From NCBI GenBank assembly GCA_023231475.1, contig JALJEE010000149.1:62001-126000 (forward strand): a DNA stretch of 64,000 bases, read 5' to 3'. This DNA is from Seison nebaliae. Its lineage: Eukaryota. Shown here one piece after another: positions 40,850 to 52,661 of this stretch (within the stretch, counting starts at the first letter, position 1; the number at the start of each line of letters is the position of its first letter). Made by a program: the position numbers and the translations under genes. The notes under the pieces are model-generated. The model ran no database searches. It had not been told where the DNA came from and worked only from the letters and a program-made list of their open reading frames with translations.

Positions 40850-41378
40850 TCACAAACGATGACGATCAGTTAAAACTCGAATAATCGAACCAACCCCACA
40901 TTTCTTATAAATCTGAAAAAAAAAAAAAAGGAAAATTAAGTTAAAGTGTTAAAATTGTATTAATGAATAATGGAACTTTTTGATGCCATGATAATAAGTG
41001 TGATGGTGTAATACCATCAGTAGAGAATTCGAATCCTTTATAAACATATTTCAATAAATTATCTACCAATTTCCGATCTTTCTCATAAATGGCGTCTAAA
41101 AGTTGAGTGATTTCTTTCTCCGAAACACAACCGATAATTCTCAAGAAATTCTCCATCGACGCTTTCCATACGGTCTGATCTGTTTTAGATGTGACTGAAT
41201 TGGAGAGAACTTCAATTAAAGCGTCTTTGTAATTCTTTTGAAGGATGTACCGTTCGATTAATTTCGTATCGGCAACTTTCACGGTGGAATTATTGTCCTG
41301 GTCATTCTCTTTATCGATTCGTTGAATTCGATCCACATCGACTTGACGAAAACTGGTATTACTCATCGGTTTAGCCAT
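40850..41378 (-). CDS. ARPC5: Arp2/3 complex subunit 5 (p16-Arc), 2 exons
   Basis: FRQVDVD, LLKYVYKGF, LLSWHQK|IYKKCGVGSIIRVLTDR; intron 40976-40913. Confidence 0.95.
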
Positions 41379-41979
41379 CACGATTTTATGTTTACATTCA
41401 ACATAAAATTTAAATAATTCACTATAAATTTTCACTATTTTACGAGTTGTGCTTCAATTTTAAGAAAATATCAATCCAATACATCAAATTTATACATCAA
41501 TCGATACATCATCAAATTTATTAACCATAAATTGGAAAGAAAATTATCTTCCTAACTTTCCTGTAAGTTTTATTCTAATTCGCTTATTAAATTTTTAACA
41601 ATTAATCTTAATTAATAAATACTATAATAAATAAGTTTATATTATGCAAAATAATTTTTCCGAAAAAAATAGAGAATGATTAAGAATTTATTTTCCAAAA
41701 CAATAAGAATAGAAAATAGTTACAAGAAATTATTTTTCATTTAAAAAATTATTCACTTTATTTTTGAACTTATCAACAGCAAAAATTGTTTTGGAGATAT
41801 TTAGTTCGTTGTCTAATTGATGTTTAACTTGTTCGTTATCCATCTAATTATGATGATTTGTAATTTGTCCAATTCATTGTAATCATCCAATGTATTGGGA
41901 ATATTCATTGTAATTTGTTTTTATTACTACTTTGTCTTAACATTGATACATCATAAACTATATTGAAACAATCTTGACC

Positions 41980-44000
41980 TTTCGGTTAGATATCGATAAT
42001 ATTTTGTACATTTCACTATATATATTGATTTTAACTGTGATAATAACGTTTGAGAATTCCTGAATTATTGAATTCCTTTTTGCAAGCTTATGGAATCCTT
42101 ATATATTGTTGACAACTGTATATTTCATTTAGGTCATATATACGTTTGAGAATTGTTGACTTGTTCCACCATTATTTCTGTATTATCGGGAAACCTTAGT
42201 GAATGGACATGAAATCTTCCATTAATTCCAATATCCCATACGATATATGGGCTTTAATCTATATTGATAATAACCCTTGGACTCAGACGTTTGAGAATTC
42301 GATTAATCTTTTTTCCAAACAATGAACATCTGAACGTTTCACAACCAAATTTGAATAACCCCTGTAAACACGCATTTGAGAATTCTTGACGTGCTCTCTA
42401 TCGGTATATTTGTCTTATCAGGAAAACATGAATGGACATGAAACCTAAGTAGTTTCACGATGCATAAATCTATATTGATAATAACCCTTTTAACACATTT
42501 TGATAATTTATTACATGTTCCATTATGAAACTTTGTGAATGGACATGAAACTGAGATCTAGTCCAATATCCCATATGGACTATAATCTATAGATATGATA
42601 ACCCTTGGACTGACTTTTGAGAAATCCTGAATCGTTCGATTCCTTCTGGCCTAACGAATTAAACCCTTGTACATTTTGGATATTACAATGTTTCATCCAT
42701 ATCAATATCCCAAAGGCATTTTTCAGAATTATACCGTTGTAAACACGCCGGTGTGAATTTTTGACTTGTTCCATTTTTAAATATTTACTGTTGGGAAAAC
42801 TTAGTGAATGGACATGAAACTTAGGTGACTATCCCAAGTTTCATAGACCCCCAATTATACTGATGATAACCCTTTTAACACACTTTGATAATTTATTACA
42901 TGTTCAATTATTGAACTTAGTGAATGGACATGAAATCTAGTCCAATATCCCATATGGACTGTAATCTATAGATATGATAACCCTTGGACTGACTTTTGAG
43001 AAATCCTGAATCGTTCGATTCCTTCTGGCATAACGAATTAAACCCTTGTATATTTTGGATATTACAATGTTTCATCCATATATTAATATCCCAAAAGCAT
43101 TTTTCGGAATTATTGACATTTCCCATTCTTCATTCTGCATTATTGGGAAAACTGTTGGGAATGGCCATGAAACCCATTCGAATGTCCCAATACTTTAAAA
43201 TCACCTTTATATAATTATAATAGACGTTCGACTTGCGGAACGATTACTCGGGATATTGTGGACATGGAATAATTCAGCCATCTCAATATCCCAAATCTTG
43301 TTATTGTTTATATAATTATGATAAAACTTATCTATATCTAGGGCGCTCCAATATCTATACGAATAATAATCCTTTTATCCACGTTTGAGAATTGCTGACT
43401 AATTCTAAAACTTTCGTGAATATTTGAATTGATATGATTATTTATTCGTTTTATAGATCTGGAATAAAACTTCTTTGCCAAACAAGTGGAACCTTTATAT
43501 AATTGTGACCATCTGATATTTTGTACGGGATGAATTTCATCCATTTGAATATACGACAAATTTGGTTGTCCTTTGTATATTTATCACAAATTTTCCTTCC
43601 CAAAAGGATAAACCTTTGATATCTTGGACATCATATAATTGGTCGATTTCAATATCCACATTAATAATAGCCATTGTTAAAAATCGATCAATATATCTTT
43701 TATAATTTATAATTATTTTTCTTAAATTGATGAAAAATACCCATCTTTATCATCCAGGAAAACTTACTGAATGGACATGAAACCTAAGAGGTTATTCAGG
43801 ATTCCATGGGTGGATAAATTAATGTACTGATAATATAAACCCTTTATTCCAATTTTGAGAATTGCTGACTTTGATGGAATTATTTTCCCCAATAAATAGA
43901 ACCCTTGTATATTGTGAACTGATCTAATGTCTCATCCACTTTAATATCCCAAATTTCGGAATAACCCTTATATAGTGATATAGACTTTTTCTTGGCAAAT
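41980..44000. repeat. Degenerate irregular repeat array (possibly a decayed WD40-repeat pseudogene on the minus strand)
   Basis: Recurrent blocks gaatggacatgaaa, tttga(g/t)aatt, aatatccca and aaccctt; near-identical duplication of about 250 bp (42476-42732/42861-43113). Confidence 0.75.
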
Positions 44001-44226
44001 CCCTAACATTGAAAACCTTATATCTATTGCTTGTTATCCCACTTTACTTCCGAATCTTCTTCGAAGCAACAAGGCCATTCTATAGGGTATAATTATAAGA
44101 TCTACTCAAAAAAATTAAAAAAAACTATTATAACCAAGTAATTAATTAAATTTATATAACATAATATGATTATAAATAAAATAATAACAAATGTCGCAGG
44201 ATTATCCGCACATATAAGAAAGATAT

Positions 44227-44296
44227 AAGATACAAGTTGAAAGATACAAGTTGAAAGATATAAGTTGAAAGATATAAGTTGAAAGATATAAGTTGT
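44227..44296. repeat. 14-bp minisatellite aagata(c/t)aagttga x5
   Basis: Five consecutive units, with degenerate aagatat units on both sides. Confidence 0.9.
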
Positions 44297-44590
44297 AAGA
44301 TATATAAAACGACAAGATATGAGAAGAAAGATATAAAAGGACAAGATATACTTTTTGTATTTTCTATTTTAGAAACTAAAATGAAATTGTAAATGAATTT
44401 CATGGAGCAATAGTGTCTTAAATAATAGAATAATAATAGGAATAAGCTTTAAATTTATTCATTGTAGTTTATACATTTTCTCTCCATATCTCCTTCTCGC
44501 AATATTCTTCATTTGAACAATCTACCAAAACTTTTGATTGTTTAGTGAGAAATGATTATTCGTTTCTCTTAATTAACAAATTAAATTGGA

Positions 44591-46053
44591 ATGGGTGACA
44601 ACAATAAGATAACTCAATCTAAGAATAACCCGATGAGGTTCACTTAATTCAGCAATTGGTAGTTTCTTATGTTGTGAAAGAAGTAGAAAAATTTTCAGTT
44701 GTACGGATAGAGTGACGAAAACTACATCATGGCCAATCGTGTATAGTGAGAAGTATAACATTAAATCGAAAGTTCATAATTCTTCTCGATATTTGTGCAA
44801 CGATCGTGCTAGAAAAATATTAAATGCATTTCTCGGTTTATATCCTCCTTCTAAATTGCTCCCGAATATACATCGTATTAGAATTGGATTCCATTCCACA
44901 TCGTAGTTGTTTAATAGAACCGTGTAAAGTGGAAAAAAAAGAATTGTTGGAATGTCATTCTGCAAAATATATTCGAATGAATAAATTTGTTACATAAGAC
45001 TCACACATATAATTTATGATTTTATTATAATGAAATTTAGTTTAGTTGTTCATATTCGAAAATTTTTGAGAAAACATATTTTGCATGTATCCCAGTCCTC
45101 TTTCACAAGAGAACAGTGTTGCGCTCTCATCTCTATCAAATTGGTGGTAGTCTCTTAGTTAAATTTCAAACTTATATTGAAAGTGAATCATCTAATTTGT
45201 AGGCGGCAAAACTAGCCATAGAAAGAGGTTGGGCGATTAATTTAGGTGGCGGTTTCACCGAAGCCGAATATCGTCGAGGTAGTTGTGGATGTATCTACTC
45301 TGACATACTTCTAATAACTAAAATGTTAAGACAGGATTATTGTATTCAAAAAATATTAATTTTAGACTTGGACGCGAGACAAGTTAAATTTTGAAAATTA
45401 ATTTAATTTAAACACAACTCAATTTAGGGTGTCGGTTATCAGCGAACTTTAATTAATGACACTAACATAATAATTGTTGACATTTGCAATCCGATGCAAT
45501 ATCCTCGTGATCTTGAAATTGCAGGTTAATAGCTCTCATAATTAATTCCTGTAACGGTTTTTTTAGAAAAATTAACTCATTATCTGGTAGTGAAAAATGG
45601 TTGTCGAGATGATCCTTATCTCAGTCAGTTGACCAGGTTCTCTCTCTACTTAACAATTGAATAATGTCCAATAATTAATTTTAGAATATTGACATTGATT
45701 TTAAGGAAGAATCAAATCGATTTCGTAATTTATATCGCTGGAATGAATCTCTTAATCAATGATAGTGGAAGTCTCATCAATTTGACATTTCAAGTTATGA
45801 AGCATATAACAATTATTAAAACTTTATTTTGAAGGGTATGATGGAGAAAGATAAGATTGTATTTCGTTCCGTTCGTAAACGAGATATTCCGATTTTGATG
45901 CTGTTGCCAAATGGTGAGAATCCGGATGCAATAGCAGCAATTGCACAATCCATCAAACAATTGATCGAGGCAAATGTGATCGGCGTCTCATTCGATTGCC
46001 AAGGAAAATCGATCGTTGCTAAGAAACATGTTTATCAGACTAATAAATTTTAA
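44591..46053 (+). CDS. HDAC11-like protein lacking catalytic residues, 9 exons, about 360 aa
   Basis: WPIVYSEKYNI, QIGGSLLAAKLAIERGWAINLGGGF, ILDLDARQG, YPRD, IYIAG, KDKIVFRSVRKRDIPILM; introns 44638-44698, 44836-44881, 44989-45040, 45158-45202, 45383-45427, 45525-45566, 45637-45684, 45794-45834 keep the frame. Confidence 0.88.
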
Positions 46054-46132
46054 AGAATTTTCAATTAGAAAAATTTTCAGTTTTTATTTTAACTTTTCGT
46101 TACTTTTTTTTCTTTTTCGTTAATTCGAAGTA

Positions 46133-46973
46133 ATGCTGAAATTAAAAGAAACACAACAGACGTATAAGAAAAAACCGATGTCTTATGAGGAGATTAAAAG
46201 AAAGAAAGATTATGAAACACATTTAAAGAATGTTAGAGAGATGAAGAAATTGATGAATATTCGAGATGTCACCGTTCCAATACATGTCATTGCACCAACT
46301 CAAAGATTTTATGTTAAAATTTATTCTAATTTTTTTTTTCTCATAATTTTATTCTCAGCCCAAAAGAGTTCGAGCGGATGAAGTTTATGCGGAAAATAAA
46401 AGTCTCTATCAACGAATGGCCACTGTGATGACTCGACCGTTGGGGGAGATAGGAGTGAATGAGAATTATGGTAAATATCGTATTAGTCATAACAAAGCGC
46501 GAGAACATAATCATGATCGATTAATGAATCGACATTTAAAGGAAACGAAAAAATTTATACAATCAGCAGAACCGTTAGTCGATACGGGATTGAAAGAAGG
46601 TCGTTGGAAAGTTAATTGTCTCTTCATTTTACTCTCTTCAAGACTCTTGTTAGAAAGTTAAACATAATATGGCGAACGCGAGTAAACGGCCTGAAAATCT
46701 CAATAAATTCTTGAACGAAAAGAAAATAGTTTGAAATTTTTATTTAAAATCACAATTCTAAAATTCATGTTTCAGGCACATGAAGTGCATAATCGACGAA
46801 TAGCTGAGAAGAAAGCGATAACGGTAGATAGAGCGAAGGACAAGATGTTGGAAGAGAGGAGGGATCAATATTACCATCATATCTACGCCCATCAAACGAG
46901 ATCGTATCGTTCACTTAATCGTAATTTGAGTCATGCAATTAGAAGTTACAAACGGTTGGGAATAATAAAATGA
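46133..46973 (+). CDS. CFAP97D/Hemingway-domain-like protein A
   Basis: YETHLKNVREMK, ENKSLYQRMATVMTR and IQSAEPLVDT resemble CFAP97D-type motifs; introns 46313-46358, 46611-46653, 46729-46775; 3' end uncertain. Confidence 0.6.
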
Positions 46974-47122
46974 GTTGTATGAGAAGAAGAACTTGAATAA
47001 AATTGAAAAAAATGCCTTTTGATTCTTTTATTTTCGCTTGAGATAATTCCATCGGGCAAAGTTGAAATAAAACGAAATTACTTCATTTCATTCAATTAGA
47101 AATTGATTAACTGCTCGACAAG

Positions 47123-47982
47123 ATGAGCGTTGACTTGTATGAAGAACATAAAAAGCGTCAAGGTGAGAAGAGGTTGAAGGAGAAGAAAAAACAAAGGGAA
47201 ACTGCAAGTTAATCGATTAAAAACCATCTTCTCCTTTAGTCTCATACAGAGAATTTACAAATCGATATTAAACTCTTGAACAAACGTCGAGATATCATGT
47301 TCAATTTTGCAAAAGAAGGAAGAATAGAAAATTGCACTTTGAATGACATTTATGCGGAGCATGCATATCGTGTGCACTTGATGAATTTGAGATACGGTTC
47401 CTCCAAAAAATTTGAAATGAAAATAAAAATTCGAAAATTAAATAGCAAAACCGTTGATGGATATCTCGTCGCCTATGGTATCGGCCAGTGTCGGTTACCC
47501 AAAACGAACAGTTTCAAATTGTTCTCTTCTTTAGAAATACTCTCTTTAATTCCAAATGTCAGATGAAAACGAGAATGAGGCAAAATGAGATATATTGTGA
47601 AAATAAAAATTTAGTTCAGAAAATTCTCAATGTCCAAACGAGAAAAGATCCGCATAATCTACATCCTCGAGCACTTGAATGTATTCGACCAATTCGTTCG
47701 CAGTTGATTTTACCTTTCTATTTCGTTGAGTAATCTCACTTTTCAAAGAGTCGCATGGAATTATGGTCAACGAAACAGAGAGAGACAAATAAATCAAGAT
47801 AATAAAAAATTAGATAAAAAAATAGCTAATTCAAAATCGTATTATCCAACGAAAGATTATCAGAATAATTGGGAAGTTCTACTCTTCTCATTTGTCACTC
47901 TTTCTATTTTTAGAAAACGAAAACAAAAATGGTCCGAATTAGTAAATTTCCATTTAAGCAACGGAAACGTTTGGAGCGAATG
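47123..47982 (+). CDS. CFAP97D/Hemingway-domain-like protein B (3' end may splice into the next ORF)
   Basis: YRVHLMNLRYAKPLMD, EIYCENKNLVQKI, RQINQDNKKLDKKIANSKSYY...NNWE, ISKFPF; introns from 47163, 47397, 47511, 47703, 47876. Confidence 0.7.
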
Positions 47983-48212
47983 GTTTCTAATTTTATTTTC
48001 CTAATATTATTCGTTGACTTGAATGAATTTTATAATTTCATTGAAAATATCTGAATCTTTTCTTGTAGTTGTGTATGATGATGAATTTAGAATTAAATGT
48101 TTTAAATTGTTTTTAAATTTTTCTTATTGGAATTCATGTTCGATAATGGAGAAGAAATATAATATAAAATTTTAATTCAATTCAGATTATTATTAGATTC
48201 CTTCACTTTTAG

Positions 48213-50349
48213 AGTTCTAATTTCCGACATCGACATACGAAAAAAATAAAAGGGAAGAATCCGAGAGATACGAGTTATGGTGGGGAAGGGGAGAAATCAA
48301 CAAACGCCATAAGTCTCCATCATCCGATGGAAAAAGAAGAAAATGTCACAAGTTCTTTTTTCACAAATACTTAAAATTACCTTTTATATTTGTAGAGGAG
48401 AATAAGACAAAGAATGAAGATGGTATATTAATTTTAAAAAAAAATTTAAATATTTAAATTATTTAGGAGATGAGCAAAATCGAATATCGTTCCAATCGGA
48501 AAATAAGCAAGATAAAGTGTTTGGGAAGAAATCGCTCAAATTCAGTGATTCGAGTACTACTATTGATCGATATGAAAACATAAATAAGGATAAGGGAAGA
48601 TTAACATCGAAAACAGGAAAAAGACAGTCGAGAGATATATATGGCGAAGAAAAGAGAAAATGGAGAAGTTCGTTTGAACATGTCAGATATAAGAAGGAAT
48701 CGGTTGGAAGAATTAGTGAGAATTTGGTGATTGTTCCAAAATCGATTGGGAGGAAATCGAAATCGAAAACGAATAACAAACCGAAAAAAGTTACACTCAA
48801 AAGAAAAGATGTATCTGATCATAGTATAGCATTAACGTCGTCAATTGATATGGATACATTTGAAAGAACACCAGAAAGTACTAGTTCGGAAAGAATGGAT
48901 CCCAGTTCATTAATGGAAGAAATAAATGTTGATGAGAGTGACTTGAACAGAATTGACAAGAAAGAAACAGAACTTAATGAACAAGAACTCCAATTCAAGA
49001 AGACATTCAATGAAGATATTAGAGAGTCGTTAATTAAAATCAAAAATTCTTTATCGTCCGAACATGTTAATCATCGTCCTTTGACACGATTGGCATCCAA
49101 CGAATTGCTCGAAAGTATCGGACATCAATTATCACAAAATGATTCTAATAACAGTCAACAACCGATAAGTGTCGACATTGAATCAGAAATTGAGAATGAA
49201 ATCGAAGCAAATGTTTCAAAAGTTCTAGAGGAGAATAATCAAAAAAATAAATCTTCCAAAACAGAAGACAACTCAAACACAACCAACACAAGAGGAACTA
49301 GAAGAAAATCGAATGAGAAATTTCTTTCGCCCTTCAAAATTGGGAAAGCGAGAAAAGTTTCTTCTTATGAATATTATGATAATTACGATACGGAAACAAA
49401 TACAGATTCTGAAAGTGATTCTGAAAATGAAACAGGAAACGATTCTGACAGTAAAACAGAAAACTTTCCAACAACATCAGGAACCGATTCAAAATCGAAA
49501 ACAGACAAAAATTCAAAACCAGAACCAGAACCAGAACCAGAATCGAAAGAAAAATCGGGAAACTATTCAGAACGAGAATCAAAAAAAGAATCGAAAGGAA
49601 AAGAAGAAAAAAATTCAGAAAAAGAAAGAGAAGAAAAATCGGAAAAAGAAACGAAAACATTAACGGGAAAATTTTTAGAAAAAAATTTGGAAAAAAAATT
49701 GAAAGAAACAAAAAAAGAAGAGAAAAATGGAACAGAAACAGAAAATTCAAGTGAAGAAGAATCGTTTGATAATTCACATACGTCAAATTTACCGACGTCT
49801 GGTGTGACGGATAAAACGTCATCGATTAATGAATTACCTGATGAGAATTATAAACAAGTTGAATTTGTTTCATTTTCGGAGAGTGAATTAAAAATACCTG
49901 AGAGTCATGATATGTCTTCGGAACTGGATAGAAATAAAGTATACACTAAATATGGAATTCCATCCGGTGCCATACGAGTCTCATATCAGAAATTGGATGA
50001 TAATGTAAGTAATTTCACCAAATCGGATGTTGTTGATTTGGTAGGTGAGACGTTGAGTAATACGATGAATGACGCCACATCAATAGAACAACATAATTCA
50101 TTGGATGATGTTGAAGGTGAGAATCCTCTTCTGACGAAAATCGATGGAGGTCGACGAAGTTCTAGTTCGATTTTGAAGTCACCTAAACATCAAAAAAATG
50201 AAGTTTCTGAGAAACGTTCCGTTTCATTTAAAGAATCAGTGACAGTTCTCGAATATGAACATGAGAATCGAACGGAAAGTCTTCATGACGAAGGCGATTA
50301 TGGAAAAGAGAAAGATTTGAATTCGGACGAATTTACGCTTTATTTGTAA
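48213..50349 (+). CDS. Low-complexity K/E/S-rich coding region ending in SILK and RVxF-type motifs; 5' exon not fixed
   Basis: 610-codon ORF plus two upstream in-frame exons (from 48213); SSILKSP...KRSVSFKESVTVLEY near the C-terminus. Confidence 0.7.
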
Positions 50350-50431
50350 ATAGTTTTTTCAAAAAAATTTTTTTAAATAAAATTTTCCTCAAACTCTCAA
50401 ACATTTTTATAGTTTCTGATGATAATTTGAA

Positions 50432-51631
50432 TTATATTCGTATACGTTCCACTAATGATGATACGTCGGTGATGAATTTACTGAATTTGAGAGAATTGGA
50501 AGAACCGGGAACAAACGAATTTTTATCGATGGCACTCTAACAATAAATGGAATTAACGGGGAAGAAATGAAAAAGAAAACGATTGAAAGGAATTCGATGG
50601 TGGTTTGATTTCGATCATAAACGTAATTATTCGTCGTTTCATTTCGAAGAATTTGTTCCAATTCATAAAGTGATCGAAATGTTTTCGGTATAAGTGAGTG
50701 AAGTAGAGTGAATGTCGGCATAATGGGATCATTATGAATTCCATAAAGGAAATGTGTTTGTGTACTAATCGGCTCGTACGTTGCCAATAAGTTCGCTATA
50801 ATTTTATTCAATTCATCCAAATAGAGTGAAACAATTCGATTTAATTCTCTGAGGAGATAATCGATATTTTTATGAGTAGAATCGATATCGCGTTTATTAC
50901 AAATGAGGAAGATTTCGGGTAATAAAGGAATTCCATTTTGATTCTCTTCGTCTAATAATAATCGAGAGTATCTACTAATAATCATCAGTAACGATTGATT
51001 AAAATGATAGTTGATAAAACAACCAACTGATCTGATTCAGTTCCATATTCGTCTGAATTAATATCGTTCATAATCACTGATGCTTCATCTCTTCTTTTCT
51101 CCGTAACGGAAAGTTGTGATTGTAATTTAAATTTAAAGATGGATAATTTGAATAAAAAGAATTCTCGTAGCCATGTAAATAAATTGGTTGCTGATCTCCA
51201 ATTACTCAAATCGAATACTAAAATTATACCTGAATTGAATTTTGTCAAATCTATTTGATTCATGAAGAAAAAGGAACCGGAAACACCTGAATAATAACAG
51301 GAACGAGATAATTTGTATGTTTGTCCACCACCGACATCATGCAACTGAACGGAAATAAATGACGTTGTAGAACATTCATTCTTTAACACAATCTCCAATG
51401 AAACAAATTGAAATGAGATCTAGAAAATAAAGATATGGTCAAACTTTATGATTTATTTGACATCCGATTGTGGGACTGATATGTTTGGGGAGGAAACCAT
51501 CACACAACAAATGAGAAATACATGTCTTACCCACTCCTAAGAAATGAAGGTTTTTTTTTATGGGAAGAAAAAAGTGAACCGGAGTCACCTAATAGGAGTA
51601 TCTTAATCTCATTTACCGTATTCAAATTCAT
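50432..51631 (-). CDS. RABL3: Rab-like protein 3 small GTPase
   Basis: IKILLLGDSG|VGKT, TIGC, LHDVGG, GIILVFDLSNWRSATNL, NKRD and C-terminal PGSSNSLKFSKF after splicing. Confidence 0.85.
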
Positions 51632-52661
51632 CTAATCATAATCGTTATTGTTGTAAAATGTGAATGACAAGTTACTCTCTCATATAATAATACGTTTCAT
51701 TCAAGATTTTTACTTCATTGACAATTTAGACAGTATCACAAAAATTCATTATTCTTTATTATGTCTTTTATTTCATACAGTGAATTAAAATGATGATATT
51801 CAATGTAAAAGCTTTTATAAATTTTTTTTTAAACAATTTCTCATAATCTTGTAAAATATTGTGGTGTAATATCATTTAATATTAATCTTTCCATTTATTA
51901 TTGGAAATATTTTATATCAATTAATTAATTTTATGAAACTTCAATAATTTTGAATTTTGAACTAAATTCCTATCTCTGACCCAAACTTTCAATAAGATAT
52001 TTATAATTGAACAATAATAGATTATTATTATAAGATAATCAATTTTATTTTAGTTTTGAATAAATCGATTAATAAAGTTTAAAATATTCTAGTTTACCTA
52101 TAATAAATAACAAATACTATTTAAATACAAATATCTAATTCTTATTCAATGTAATAACTGAGAGGGAGAATGAATTAATTGATTTTGAAAAGTTAATAAT
52201 TAATCGTAATAATATAATTATAAATTTGATTATCTTCTCGTCTTTCCGTATTAAATTGAGTTGTGAATTGAGAGTTTATTTGTTGTTTATCAATGATTAC
52301 TACTCCACAATGTTCGTATATATTTCTGATGTGAATGTTTATTTGAAATAAGTACTAAATAATGACTAGATGACTGGTTGTTATTAATGGTTTTGATTAA
52401 AAACATTTGTAACACCATCGACACTCCACGTAAAACGAACGAGGAAGGAGAGCACAACATTTTCAAATAACGAACAAATCAGCTAAACATTTGATGAGGG
52501 TAACATCTGATTGATATGATTTATTTCGAGTGAAGATTCGTGAGATTTCACATTTGAATTCGAAGTTTTTCTTTTTAGTCAATTATTTTTTTTAGTTTCT
52601 TTCATTTCCAATAGTCGTGTAGTGGAACGTGAAGAAACGTATCGAGTTGCATTATTTTCTT

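Noticed and set aside
41980..44000. CRISPR-like array
   Set aside because: Eukaryotic context, degenerate repeats, irregular spacing, spacers related to each other and no cas genes.
49313..49822. Overlapping ORFs (116 aa plus strand, 162 aa hydrophobic minus strand)
   Set aside because: Shadows of the A-rich low-complexity K/E coding strand.
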